From: an uncultured Draconibacterium sp.
Lineage (GTDB): Bacteria > Bacteroidota > Bacteroidia > Bacteroidales > JAADGE01
Assembly: GCA_964500765.1 (NCBI GenBank)
Contig: CAZCPV010000002.1
Span: 1 to 34,140, forward strand
Length of the DNA stretch: 34,140 nucleotides
Reading direction: 5' to 3'
Part shown: positions 34,086 to 34,140 of the stretch, in pieces
How the letters are laid out: every line of letters starts with the position of its first letter
How positions within the stretch are numbered: position 1 is the stretch's first letter
The notes under the pieces: model-generated
Databases searched by the model: none
The model's input: only the letters and a program-made list of their open reading frames with translations
Told to the model about the DNA's origin: nothing
Made by a program: the position numbers and the translations under genes

Positions 34086-34140
34086 AATATTATTTATTAA
34101 TTTTCATAATTATTTGAAATCCGAAAAACCGAAACACCAA

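Noticed and set aside
1-34140. Scan for CRISPR arrays, tRNA/rRNA genes, IS elements, integrases, prophage genes
   Set aside because: No regularly spaced repeats, no GC-rich structured RNA-like islands in the intergenic regions, and no transposase, integrase or phage-like ORFs were recognisable. The window looks like core chromosome rather than a mobile island.

Overview
AT-rich, gene-dense chromosomal segment with about 33 CDS. It looks like an anaerobic member of the Bacteroidota. Almost no start codon has a Shine-Dalgarno sequence. Exact TAnnTTTG (-7 box) motifs sit ahead of most transcription units. The window also carries OmpA/TPR/PD40 and MORN-repeat envelope proteins and a pyruvate:ferredoxin oxidoreductase. 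Recognisable housekeeping genes are nifJ/PFOR (partial, off the left edge, absent from the ORF track), an SNF2 helicase, recR, a LOG-family hydrolase, an ACC-deaminase/D-Cys desulfhydrase-family enzyme, a GT2 glycosyltransferase and htpG. I saw no rRNA, tRNA, CRISPR, transposase or integrase. The main candidate for an undescribed system is a 9.3 kb run of 13 same-strand genes (15840 down to 6563). Its core resembles the poorly understood anaerobe-specific ORP (orange protein) set: two MinD-type ATPases with inserted ferredoxin domains, NifX-fold proteins and small Gly/Arg-rich proteins. Here that core is extended by a radical SAM enzyme, a CGGC-domain protein, an MBL hydrolase, DUF59, an OYE/FadH-type reductase, a cupin and a 10-TM exporter-like protein. 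This cluster also holds the only strong GGAGG ribosome-binding sites in the window, a perfect 14-bp hairpin after its first gene, and a CACAGA tandem-repeat motif that recurs 8.8 kb away. Secondary points of interest are a SiaC(DUF1987)/SiaB-like partner-switch pair whose kinase is an internally duplicated kinase plus pseudokinase, an NRAMP-fold transporter with all canonical metal-site residues replaced, and a two-gene hypothetical operon. All family calls come from motif reading by eye, with no database search.
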